DNA of 64,000 nucleotides from Thermoplasmata archaeon (GTDB taxonomy: Archaea; Thermoplasmatota; Thermoplasmata; Thermoplasmatales; GCA-001856825). Shown here piece after piece: positions 1-9,015 of the stretch (positions are counted from its first letter, which is position 1; each line of letters opens with the position of its first letter). A model generated the notes under the pieces. The model had not been told where the DNA came from. It ran no database searches and was given only the letters and a program-made list of their open reading frames with translations. The translations under genes and the position numbers were made by a program. The stretch is from NCBI GenBank assembly GCA_021787125.1, contig JAJYMI010000060.1:950-64949 (forward strand). Reading direction: 5' to 3'.

Positions 1-2
1 GC

Positions 3-443
3 AAATCGTGCGAGTGTCAAGATATGGAAATAAGTGGCTCAGCCGAAGTGGGGGAGCTGCTCAAAGCATCAAAAGTGGAAATAGCGGGGAAACTCGAAGC
101 GAAAAATATCGAAGCGGGCAAGATAGAAATAGCGGGGAAGATGACCGGCAAGGAAATCAGAGCTTCAGAGATCAACGTCGAGAAGGAGTCGAGAATCAGG
201 GGTACAATTGTGTGTGGAACCATCCACATTGAGAAGGCGGGAGAAGTTGAAGATGTATATGCCAACGTAGTTAACATCGAGAAGGATGCCGACTGTGGAA
301 TGATAGAGTGTAACGAGATCAACGTCGAAAGATATTCTGAAATCAAGGAAGTCAGGTATGTGAGAACCGCCAACATCTCTCCCAATGCAAATGTCGGGAA
401 GATTACCAAGATCGAAAAGTTGTCAAGGGAAATACCGAACTGA
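3..443 (+). CDS. Bactofilin-like (polymer-forming cytoskeletal) beta-helix repeat protein, 5' end outside window
   Basis: Frame is open from base 3 with no upstream stop. Repeated short beta-strand pattern (VEIAGKLEAKNIEAGKIEIAGKMTGKEIRASEINV...) is typical of bactofilin/DUF583. Stop at 441-443. Confidence 0.5.
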   Translation, partial: KSCECQDMEISGSAEVGELLKASKVEIAGKLEAKNIEAGKIEIAGKMTGKEIRASEINVEKESRIRGTIVCGTIHIEKAGEVEDVYANVVNIEKDADCGMIECNEINVERYSEIKEVRYVRTANISPNANVGKITKIEKLSREIPN

Positions 444-485
444 CTATATGGCGGTTGTAGGAGCAAAGATCAAAGAAGGGAATGA

Positions 486-1757
486 ATGACCAACCAAGAA
501 GGGGCATCCATGGATGGGTTGGGCACTACGCCGAGGAGGAAACTTCTAGTTGGTGGATTTGGGAATCTCTTCGCATCTACAACGGCTGCTGCGTTTGGAG
601 GATCAGTTTCAGCAGTAGCAGTGAACTGGATAGTTTACTCCTACACCCATAATGCTCTTTACATAGCTTATCTGGGAATGGCGGGAATCGTACCTGGAAT
701 TTTACTCGGTCTTCTCGCCGGAGTGATCGCTGATAGGTACGATAGAAAGATGCTCATGGTAACTTCCGACGTTGTCAGGATGATTTCCATGGGCTTTCTT
801 GCCTTATTCTTTCACTTTGTTGGATTCTCCTACCCTCTGATACTCGCGATCATGGTTGTCGTGTACACCTTCAGTACTTTTTTCCAGCCCGCCAGTCAGG
901 CCATATTACCAATGCTGGTCGACAAAGAGACACTGGAGGACGCCAACGGTATGCTTCAGGGTTCTTTCTATGTTTTTCAAGCAATCGGATCTGCAGCGGG
1001 AGGATTGATCGTGTATTATCTCGGGGCTGTCTGGGGACTCGGGATTAATTCAATGACTTACGCCATATCTGCCATGTTTCTCTTTCAGATTGTAGGCCAC
1101 TATAAGAGCAGAGCAACTGGCGGAGGGCAATCAAAACAAAACTCCTTTGCGAGCGATTTCAGAATTGGAATGAGATACATGAGAGAGCACCTTCCGATAC
1201 TCGAGGGAACAATAGGAGCTCTTCCTGCGAACTTCTTTGCAAGTCTTTTCTACCCCTTCTTTGTGGTTTACGCAGCCGTCAAATTCAGTTCAAATTCCGC
1301 GTCGTACGGATACCTGGTAGCCGCAATTGGTATGGGCATGGCTCTCGGTGCAATCTTGGTTGGACGCATCAAGGCGAGTAGGTACGCAGGACCACTCATA
1401 TCTTCATCGATTCTAGTCGCAGGGGGAATTGTGATTCTTTTCGGATTTTCCAACACTCTTTATCTTTCTCTGGTTGCGGGTGCAATAGCAGGCATAATGT
1501 TCGGTCTGCTCAATACGACTTATTTATCGACCGTCCAGGCATTAGTGCCTACAGAGTTACTGGCAAGGGTTCTTAGCATAGATTCGGTCGGTTCGTTCGT
1601 TGCAATTCCTGCAGGCCTAGCCGTAGGAGGAATCTTAATTTCTGCCCGTGGAATTGTCTTCGATTACACACTAGCTGGAATAGGTCTACTGTTGAATGGA
1701 ATCCTCCTCCTTTCTCTCAAGGAGTTCAGGAAATTCCGGTTCGTGCGGGAATCGTAA
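486..1757 (+). CDS. MFS transporter
   Basis: 423 aa with about 12 hydrophobic segments. DRYDRK-type loop after TM2 is typical of MFS. Confidence 0.8.
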   Translation: MTNQEGASMDGLGTTPRRKLLVGGFGNLFASTTAAAFGGSVSAVAVNWIVYSYTHNALYIAYLGMAGIVPGILLGLLAGVIADRYDRKMLMVTSDVVRMISMGFLALFFHFVGFSYPLILAIMVVVYTFSTFFQPASQAILPMLVDKETLEDANGMLQGSFYVFQAIGSAAGGLIVYYLGAVWGLGINSMTYAISAMFLFQIVGHYKSRATGGGQSKQNSFASDFRIGMRYMREHLPILEGTIGALPANFFASLFYPFFVVYAAVKFSSNSASYGYLVAAIGMGMALGAILVGRIKASRYAGPLISSSILVAGGIVILFGFSNTLYLSLVAGAIAGIMFGLLNTTYLSTVQALVPTELLARVLSIDSVGSFVAIPAGLAVGGILISARGIVFDYTLAGIGLLLNGILLLSLKEFRKFRFVRES

Positions 1758-1838
1758 CTCTGTTCAAGTCAACCGATCCGGTCTGTTCACTTCAACCTTT
1801 AAGCTTTTATTCAGATTAAATATACGGCAAAGGTCAGA

Positions 1839-2834
1839 GTGAGTTTGGGAAGACTATATGTTGATGGGTTGGGCGTGTTTGAGGGAGAATCTATCGGCAG
1901 GGACGTCGTTTCCAAAGGAGAGCTAGTTTTTACCACCTCGCCCTCAGGATATTTGAAGTCAATAACTGACCCTAGCTATAGCGGTCAGATTCTGGTGTTC
2001 TCCTTCCCATTCATTGGTTCTTACGGGGTCGGAGAAATTGGTGAGAGCGGCCAACCTAGGGTAAGGGGGGTTGTCGTAAATCACGTTCCTGAAATCATGA
2101 AGGAGGAATTCTCGAGCTACTTGGAAAAGTGGGGAATCCCAGGATTGGTTTTGAAGGACACCAGGAAAATAGTGGATTACATTAGGACAAATGGAAACAG
2201 ACTTGGCTCCTTTGGTGCAGACGAGTTTGTGGACCCTTACAAATCCAATCTCATAGATGATACACTGGATAACGAAGTGCCAAGTGAGGGAAATCTTCTA
2301 CTCATTGATCTAGGGTACAAGAGAAACATACTGAAATTCCTGAGCGAATACTCGGTGTCCATAGTCCCCTACAACAGGTTTGATTTGAAACAACTCGAGA
2401 GGGTAGATGGGGTCGTTGTCTCGAATGGTCCGGGGGACCCGACCTACATAGATCTCGCCGGTTTTGTAGGCAAGTTGAAAACGGTCATTGAGAGGAAACC
2501 AACCCTGGGTATCTGCCTTGGGCACCAGCTCATCTCCCTGTCACTTGGGATGAAGACAGAAAAGATGAAGTTCGGACACAGGAGCATCAACCATCCAGTT
2601 GAAGATGTGTCTACCGGAAGGATCGGAATCACAACCCACAACCACGGTTTTACGGTGGTCTTTGACTCATCAAAGGGAGCAAGAGAGAGATATCGTTCAA
2701 TGAATGACGGAACGAATGAAGGGCTCGAAGGCAGGAATTTCCTGACTTCGCAATTTCATCCAGAAGGCGGTCCCGGCCCCATAGATGAAATGAGAATCTT
2801 TGCGGAATTCAAGAGGTTGATGAATGAGCGTTGA
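1839..2834 (+). CDS. carA: Carbamoyl-phosphate synthase small (glutaminase) subunit
   Basis: GATase class I motifs (LGICLGHQL, FHPE). GTG start. Overlaps carB by 11 nt. Confidence 0.9.
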   Translation: MSLGRLYVDGLGVFEGESIGRDVVSKGELVFTTSPSGYLKSITDPSYSGQILVFSFPFIGSYGVGEIGESGQPRVRGVVVNHVPEIMKEEFSSYLEKWGIPGLVLKDTRKIVDYIRTNGNRLGSFGADEFVDPYKSNLIDDTLDNEVPSEGNLLLIDLGYKRNILKFLSEYSVSIVPYNRFDLKQLERVDGVVVSNGPGDPTYIDLAGFVGKLKTVIERKPTLGICLGHQLISLSLGMKTEKMKFGHRSINHPVEDVSTGRIGITTHNHGFTVVFDSSKGARERYRSMNDGTNEGLEGRNFLTSQFHPEGGPGPIDEMRIFAEFKRLMNER

Positions 2835-5811
2835 TCCAGCTCCCAAGAAGGTCCTCATCATTGGCTCAGGCCCTATAGTTATTGGACAGTCTGCAGAATT
2901 TGATTATTCCGGGAATCAGGCGATCAAGGCGATAGTGAAAGAGGGGATAGACGTAGTGGTCGCGAATTCAAATCCTGCAACCATACAGACGGATCGCAGG
3001 GAAGGCATCAAACCAAAGATGGTGCCACTGAACGAAGAGAGTATGACCAGGTTAATCGATGAAGAAAGGCCAGATGCAATTCTCGGAACGTTTGGTGGTC
3101 AGACCGGACTGAACCTACTCGTCGAACTGTGGAAATCCGGAGTCCTTTCTTCTAGGAATGTCAAGATTCTCGGGACTCAACCAGAAGCAGTGGAGATCTC
3201 AGAAGACAGACTGAAGTTCAAGGAGAAGATGCAGGAGATAGGCGAACCGGTACTCGAATCTTACTACTGTTCCACACTTCAAGACTCAATAAAGTTCTCA
3301 AAACAGATTGGTTTCCCGATCGTAGTCAGACCGTCCTTCACGTTAGGAGGTTCTGGCGGAGGGATCGCTCATAACGTCGAGGAACTGAGGTCAATAGTGG
3401 AGCAGGGTATCTACCTGTCAGAGGTGGGGTCCATTCTCATAGAGAAATCCGTAATTGGATGGAACGAGCTAGAAGTGGAAGTTGTCAGGGACTCGTCAGG
3501 AAATAAGATTGCAGTCTGCACGATGGAGAATGTCGACCCGATGGGTGTGCACACAGGAGACAGCATAGTGGTGACTCCCTTCCTCACGCTCAACGACCTT
3601 CACTACCAGAGGATAAGAAGTGCAGCACTCAAGATTGCTGAGAGGCTCAACATTGTGGGTTCATGCAATGTGCAGTTCGCGTTCAATGACGGTACGGGGG
3701 AATACTACGTTATCGAGGTCAATCCTAGGCTGTCCAGGTCTTCAGCGCTCGCATCAAAAGCCACCGGTTATCCCATTGCAAGGGTAGCTGCACTGATATC
3801 TCTCGGGAAGAGACTCAGCGAAATAGAGAACACGGTGACTGGCGAAAGGAACGCTGCAAGGGAACCAGCAATAGATTATGTCGTAGTGAAATGCCCGGTC
3901 TGGCCCGTAGAGAAATTCCCCGAAGAGGACTTCAAGCTTGGGACACAGATGAAGAGTACGGGAGAGGCGATGAGCATAGGTAAGACGCTCTCTGAGGCAT
4001 TCAGAAAATCCCTCAGATCTACAGGAACAATGAACAGAAAGGTGACGTTTGATGAAAGTCTCCTGTCTATACCGAACCCCGAGAGGGAACTGCAGATCTA
4101 TGAGGCATTCAAGAGGGGCTATACGCTGGACAAGATATCCTCTCTTACTGGATGGAAGAAGCTCTTTGTTAGCGAGTTAATCTCCGCGTTCGATGCAGAG
4201 TACACCTCTTCCGGTTTCTCGGTTGTCGACACCTGTGCAGGAGAGTTCGATGTAAAAACTCCGTACTACTATTCTTCGGATCCAGGGAACAAGATTGCTG
4301 GAGACGTGATCGTCCTGGGAGGCGGACCAATAACGATTGGCCAGGGTATAGAATTCGACTACAGCTGTGTGCACATTTCTCAAAGGCTCAGGAAGAAGGG
4401 CTTCAGAGTGATAATGGTGAACGACAACCCAGAAACGGTCTCGACGGATTTCGACGAGAGTGACTTCCTTGTTTTTGACCCCGTGGATTTCGAGACTGTG
4501 AGGAACGTGGTACTGAACTCGACAGCAAGATACCTGGTACCATGGTTTGGGGGACAGAAACCGATAAACATGCTCAAGAGGATACAGCAAGAATTCGGAG
4601 ATAGGTTGAAGATTCTGGGTACGAGCGTGGAGTCTATAGACACACTCGAAGTCAGGGAAAAGTTTGCGGTCCTGATGAGGGAGATGGGCATCCCGTATCC
4701 CGAATACCAGTTCGCTTCGACGGACACATTCATGACCGAGATTGGGAAGCTATCTTTCCCAGTCATAGTGAGACCATCGTACACCATCTCAGGTGCCCAC
4801 ATGGCCGTTTTGAAATCGCAGGAAGAGGCCGAAGAGTACCTAAAGTTCCACGGCAGATTTGTCAAGGAATTTCTTGTTGAGAAATATCTTGAAAATTCCA
4901 TAGAGGCAGAGTTGGATGGAGTATCTGATGGAGAAAGGGTCCTGATTCCAGGGATCATAGAACACATAGAGGAGGCTGGAATACACTCTGGGGACTCCAC
5001 CAGCATATTCCCGTCAAAGAACATACCGAACCACATTCAGGAGACGATGAAGGAATACACGAAACTCATCTGCAGAAGACTTGGCATAGTTGGCCCCATA
5101 AATATACAGTTCGCCATAAAGGACAACATCGTTCACATAATAGAGATAAACCCGAGGTCGTCGAGAACGTTCCCTTTCGTTTCCAAGATTTCAGGAATAA
5201 ACCTCTCTGAGATCGCGGCTGATGTTCTCCTGGGGGAGAAGCTGACTAACAATCCGCCCACCAGAGAACTGGTTGGAATAAAAGTGCCAATATTTCCGTT
5301 TGACAAATTGAAGGGATCGGACGTGATTCTGGGGCCAGAAATGAAGAGCACCGGGGAAGTGATAGGAATGGGAAGAGACTTGAAGAGTGCCCTCCTCAAC
5401 GGCTACGAGGCTGCTGGATACGACATTACCAAGGAGGGAGTGATAATCTCCATTACTTCGACGAAGATCAACGAGTTTCTGGGGATAGTCAAGATAATCA
5501 ACGACTCAGGGAAGGTCATATACAGTACAGAAGGAACTCATGATAAATTATCAAGATACGGCATCAACACCGTAAAAATCAAGAAGATTTTCGAGGGCAG
5601 TCAGAATCCGCTGGACATACTGAAACTGGGAAACATCTCAGGAGTCATAAACATACTCTCTGAAAATTATAAATCGGAGAACGACGGAAAACTCATGAGA
5701 AGAGCGTGCTATGAGAGGAGGGTCCTATACATGAGTACAAGAACACAGGCGGCAGCATTTGCCGAGGTCATTTCCAAAGAATTCGTCGAATCAAAGGCGG
5801 GAAATGACTGA
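2824..5811 (+). CDS. carB: Carbamoyl-phosphate synthase large subunit
   Basis: 995 aa with duplicated ATP-grasp halves (IEVNPRLSRSSALASKATGYPIA and IEINPRSSRTFPFVSK) and a C-terminal MGS-like domain. Confidence 0.95.
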   Translation: MSVDPAPKKVLIIGSGPIVIGQSAEFDYSGNQAIKAIVKEGIDVVVANSNPATIQTDRREGIKPKMVPLNEESMTRLIDEERPDAILGTFGGQTGLNLLVELWKSGVLSSRNVKILGTQPEAVEISEDRLKFKEKMQEIGEPVLESYYCSTLQDSIKFSKQIGFPIVVRPSFTLGGSGGGIAHNVEELRSIVEQGIYLSEVGSILIEKSVIGWNELEVEVVRDSSGNKIAVCTMENVDPMGVHTGDSIVVTPFLTLNDLHYQRIRSAALKIAERLNIVGSCNVQFAFNDGTGEYYVIEVNPRLSRSSALASKATGYPIARVAALISLGKRLSEIENTVTGERNAAREPAIDYVVVKCPVWPVEKFPEEDFKLGTQMKSTGEAMSIGKTLSEAFRKSLRSTGTMNRKVTFDESLLSIPNPERELQIYEAFKRGYTLDKISSLTGWKKLFVSELISAFDAEYTSSGFSVVDTCAGEFDVKTPYYYSSDPGNKIAGDVIVLGGGPITIGQGIEFDYSCVHISQRLRKKGFRVIMVNDNPETVSTDFDESDFLVFDPVDFETVRNVVLNSTARYLVPWFGGQKPINMLKRIQQEFGDRLKILGTSVESIDTLEVREKFAVLMREMGIPYPEYQFASTDTFMTEIGKLSFPVIVRPSYTISGAHMAVLKSQEEAEEYLKFHGRFVKEFLVEKYLENSIEAELDGVSDGERVLIPGIIEHIEEAGIHSGDSTSIFPSKNIPNHIQETMKEYTKLICRRLGIVGPINIQFAIKDNIVHIIEINPRSSRTFPFVSKISGINLSEIAADVLLGEKLTNNPPTRELVGIKVPIFPFDKLKGSDVILGPEMKSTGEVIGMGRDLKSALLNGYEAAGYDITKEGVIISITSTKINEFLGIVKIINDSGKVIYSTEGTHDKLSRYGINTVKIKKIFEGSQNPLDILKLGNISGVINILSENYKSENDGKLMRRACYERRVLYMSTRTQAAAFAEVISKEFVESKAGND

Positions 5812-5921
5812 CTCTCTCGTATGAATATCATCTGGGGATATCGTCACACTATTAATCGGACTTAATCTCTTTAAGCATTTGGTTAAATTATAGAAAAGGA
5901 TTACGGAATCGGTGCTGATCT

Positions 5922-6326
5922 ATGGGAAGCAAACTATCTATAATTGTGTTTAGCGGAACCACAGACAAGATCCTTTCTGCAGGTGTTTTATCTCAGGCAG
6001 CTGCAGCAATGGGATCGGAAGTGAACATCTTTGTGACATTTTGGGGATTGCTTAGCTTTACCAAGGGAGAAAAGAAGATGATGCTCCCTAAAGAATTTGA
6101 ACACATGGGACAAGCCATGATGGAGGGAATGGCCAGAGAGCACGTGAAGCCTTGGTACGAGATGATCAAGGAAGCAAAAGAGTTCGGGGCAAAAGTCTAC
6201 GCTTGCTCTATGGCGTGTGGCGTAATGGGAATAAAGAGAGAGGATCTTGACCCCATCGTTGATGACATGGTAGGAGCTGCATACTTCCTCCAGCAAGCCG
6301 AAGGCGGCCAAACTCTGTTCATATAA
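5922..6326 (+). CDS. DsrE/DsrF-like sulfur-relay family protein
   Basis: 134 aa, DsrE-fold-like N-terminus (LSIIVFSGTTDK), Cys pair in YACSMACGV. Immediately followed by a TusA-like gene. Confidence 0.7.
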   Translation: MGSKLSIIVFSGTTDKILSAGVLSQAAAAMGSEVNIFVTFWGLLSFTKGEKKMMLPKEFEHMGQAMMEGMAREHVKPWYEMIKEAKEFGAKVYACSMACGVMGIKREDLDPIVDDMVGAAYFLQQAEGGQTLFI

Positions 6327-6336
6327 GGTGGTACAA

Positions 6337-6570
6337 ATGGAAGGAGTGAAAATAATCGATTCTAGAGGGGCAGCGTGCCCGGGACCCATAACGGACCTGG
6401 CAAGGGCCTACAGGAATTCCAAGGTAGGAGACGTCTTCGAACTCTGGGCAACGGACAAGGGAGTGAGGGCTGATACTCAGGCTTGGGCTACAAAGACGGG
6501 GAACGAAATAACCGAAGTCAAAGAAGATCCTGAAAAGATAGTCATTAGGATAAAGATAAACAAGAGATAA
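6337..6570 (+). CDS. TusA/SirA-like sulfurtransferase
   Basis: DSRGAACPGP matches the TusA CPxP active-site motif. GGTGG Shine-Dalgarno-like site 6 nt before ATG 6337. The ORF track begins at GTG 6328. Confidence 0.75.
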   Translation: MEGVKIIDSRGAACPGPITDLARAYRNSKVGDVFELWATDKGVRADTQAWATKTGNEITEVKEDPEKIVIRIKINKR

Positions 6571-6581
6571 ACGGGATAGCG

Positions 6582-7772
6582 ATGAAGAAAGTTCTGATAA
6601 TCGGCGGTGGTGGCGGTGGCCTCATCACGGCTAACCATCTGGATACGAACGAATACGATGTGACGGTAGTCGACAAGAGTGACCTGCACTTCTATCAGCC
6701 ATGGTTCCTGTACATCGCTTTTAAGGGCTCTAAGAGAAAGATTTCGCGGCCAATTGGATCGCTCGTGAAACCAGGGGTTCATTTCGTGCAGGATGAGATC
6801 AATACGATCAATCTCGATGAAAGGAAGGTCTACGGATCGAAAAAGGGAATCTACAACTATGACTATCTCGTGATTGCTACGGGAACGACTCCAGATCCGG
6901 ATTCCATACCTGGATTAAGACAGACATACGATGAGTATGGAGACTACCATACCAGCGTCTGGAACTCAGCAAAATTATGGTCACACATAAGCAAATTTAA
7001 GGGTGGAACCATAGCGATAGGTCAGGCTTCAGCGACCTGCAAGTGCCCTCCCTCTCTGCTAGAAGGAGCTTTTCTTCTGGAAGAACATCTAAGGAAAGTC
7101 GGGCTCAGAGAAAAGAGCAAGATAGTTTTCTTTACTCCTTTCCCGAGAGCATATTCTGCAGAACCAATGAACCACGTCGTCGAACCGTTTGTAAAAGAGA
7201 GGGGAATAGAGGTGATGCCTTTCTTCGACGTCGATACGGTCGATGGAGCGAACAAGACAATCAACTCACTTGAAGGGGACTCGCTAAAGTATGACCTTCC
7301 TATAATAGTGCCTCCGTGCAAGGGTCCGAAGATCAAGATCATTCCAGAAACGGTTCAGGATGAAGACAGGTTCATCAAGGCAGACAAGAAGTACATGAAG
7401 ATCGTAGGCTATGATGACGCTTTTGCAGTAGGGGACTGCAACACTCTACCCACTTCAAAGACAGGGGTCACGGCCCATCTGGAAGCCATGGCTGTCTCGG
7501 AAATCATTCAGGGAAGATACGGAGAATTCGATGGCAGAATAAACTGTCCGTTTGATACCGCTTACGGCAAGGCGACTTTCGTGATAGCAGACTACAACAA
7601 CCCGGTCGCTCCATACCCGCCAACAAAGGTCAAACACTTCATGAAGATGACCATGGCAAGAATCTACTGGATGACGTTAATGGGAACTGCTGATCCCATT
7701 TTCGAACAATTCTTCAATTATACCAGACCGGAGAAACTCAACAAGAAGTACGTCATCTCGGAACAATCTTAA
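6582..7772 (+). CDS. Sulfide:quinone oxidoreductase-like FAD-dependent disulfide oxidoreductase
   Basis: N-terminal VLIIGGGGGGL Rossmann motif, CKCPPS and AVGDC motifs resembling the SQR/NDH-2 family. Third gene of the DsrE-TusA cluster. Confidence 0.7.
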   Translation: MKKVLIIGGGGGGLITANHLDTNEYDVTVVDKSDLHFYQPWFLYIAFKGSKRKISRPIGSLVKPGVHFVQDEINTINLDERKVYGSKKGIYNYDYLVIATGTTPDPDSIPGLRQTYDEYGDYHTSVWNSAKLWSHISKFKGGTIAIGQASATCKCPPSLLEGAFLLEEHLRKVGLREKSKIVFFTPFPRAYSAEPMNHVVEPFVKERGIEVMPFFDVDTVDGANKTINSLEGDSLKYDLPIIVPPCKGPKIKIIPETVQDEDRFIKADKKYMKIVGYDDAFAVGDCNTLPTSKTGVTAHLEAMAVSEIIQGRYGEFDGRINCPFDTAYGKATFVIADYNNPVAPYPPTKVKHFMKMTMARIYWMTLMGTADPIFEQFFNYTRPEKLNKKYVISEQS

Positions 7773-7788
7773 TTATTTTTTTCTTTTG
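7773..7788 (+). terminator. Oligo-T archaeal terminator after the DsrE-TusA-SQR unit
   Basis: TTATTTTTTTCTTTT directly follows the TAA stop at 7770-7772. Confidence 0.4.
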
Positions 7789-7813
7789 ATTCCCAAATTT
7801 TGACGGGGCCCAT

Positions 7814-8167
7814 TCATGGGCCAAGGATTTTTATTGCTGCCTCGACAGGGATGACGCATATCATTTTCATATCACTCTTTGCCCTGATGGTGTGTTTGAC
7901 TCCTCCCGGTATGAAGATAAAGCTATCGCTGTCAGCTGAAATGATCTCGCCATTCAATTCCGCTTCTCCTTTGCCTTCTATCACAAATATCTCGTGTTCA
8001 TAATCGTGAGCATGATTCGGTGTCGATTTTCCGTGAGGGATAGTTATCAATCTCATCGAGAAGTTCTTCGCACCGTCTCTGTGAGTGATGAGCCATCTAA
8101 TTTTTCCACCGCCTTCCAGATCAAGCTCTTCCACTTCTGAAGTCCTTTTCACAACGGATCGAGCCAT
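7814..8167 (-). CDS. Cupin domain protein
   Basis: 117 aa with cupin His motifs (HAHDYEHEIFVIEGKG ... IPGGVKH). Confidence 0.7.
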   Translation of the reverse strand: MARSVVKRTSEVEELDLEGGGKIRWLITHRDGAKNFSMRLITIPHGKSTPNHAHDYEHEIFVIEGKGEAELNGEIISADSDSFIFIPGGVKHTIRAKSDMKMICVIPVEAAIKILGP

Positions 8168-8200
8168 AGAGATGAATGATGCCTTGCTATTTCAACATCG

Positions 8201-8755
8201 CTACTTCTGAATCCTTTCGGGATTTGGCCACGGGAAGATCGTCTCTGATATCTTTCTCCTCTTGTTTACAGCGAGTGCCATCATGAAAATCAGAGAAGAT
8301 AGCCTGTTCATATACTGAAGCGAGAGTGGATTGCATTTTTGGTCCACGTTGAGCTCCACCAGTCTTCTTTCGGCTCTTCTGGTCACTGCTCTGGACAGCT
8401 GGAGTGTAGCAGCTTCTTGTGATCCTCCTGGGACAACGAACAACTTGATCTCTCCTATCTCCTTCAGATATGTGTTGATCCTGCCCTCCATCCAAGACAC
8501 CGACTCGTCTCTAAGCTTGCGCCCATTGCCTGAGGTTAAGATCTCTTCGCCAAGGTGGAACAGGTCCAACTGCACCTGGTGGAGATCACTCTTCATGTCA
8601 TCCCAGGACAATTGAACTTTAGAATAGCCTATCTGCGATATCAGTTCGTCCAGGGTACCTTCCCACTCAATGACAGGGGTGTCCTTCGATAATCTCTTTC
8701 CAGATGGAGTATCAGTTTCTCCAGTGTCTCCGCGTCTTGAATACACGTGTTGCAA
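8201..8755 (-). CDS. ATP:cob(I)alamin adenosyltransferase, PduO type
   Basis: N-terminus YSRRGDTGETD...KD..IEWEGTLDEL is the PduO/MMAB signature. Start is TTG 8755 or GTG 8746. Confidence 0.85.
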   Translation of the reverse strand: MQHVYSRRGDTGETDTPSGKRLSKDTPVIEWEGTLDELISQIGYSKVQLSWDDMKSDLHQVQLDLFHLGEEILTSGNGRKLRDESVSWMEGRINTYLKEIGEIKLFVVPGGSQEAATLQLSRAVTRRAERRLVELNVDQKCNPLSLQYMNRLSSLIFMMALAVNKRRKISETIFPWPNPERIQK

Positions 8756-8940
8756 TCATTTTCCCATATTTCTTATTTTAGTGAACTTCGCACCTCATGA
8801 GTCCAGTCTTGGCTCGGGATGAAATTGATACACATCTTGATAACGATGCTAACTCCCACACAACTTCAGATCTCTATTGATGTGCGGGTAAGGGAAGGAA
8901 AGAACTATTCAAAAGGACGTAATTCTATCCTAAGTCTGCA

Positions 8941-9004
8941 GGAGCAGTGTGATGAATTTAGCCTTAACTGAGTATGATGAGTGACAGGCGATCTGATCTG
9001 CTCC
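8941..9004 (+). ncRNA. C/D box sRNA (2'-O-methylation guide RNA)
   Basis: Layout: C box GTGATGA 8949-8955; 12-nt guide 8956-8967; D' CTGA 8968-8971; 3-nt linker; C' TGATGA 8975-8980; 12-nt guide 8981-8992; D CTGA 8993-8996. A perfect 7-bp terminal stem, GGAGCAG 8941-8947 / CTGCTCC 8998-9004, closes it. Confidence 0.8.
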
Positions 9005-9015
9005 TTTGGTTTTCT

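Noticed and set aside
2817-2823. TGATGA motifs inside coding regions (for example 2817, 4058, 6251, 7411) checked as possible C/D sRNAs
   Set aside because: None is followed by CTGA after 12 nt, and none has a second C'/D pair. They are explained by codons.
4380-5036. 218-aa ORF on the - strand
   Set aside because: It is antisense to carB, and no motif is recognisable.
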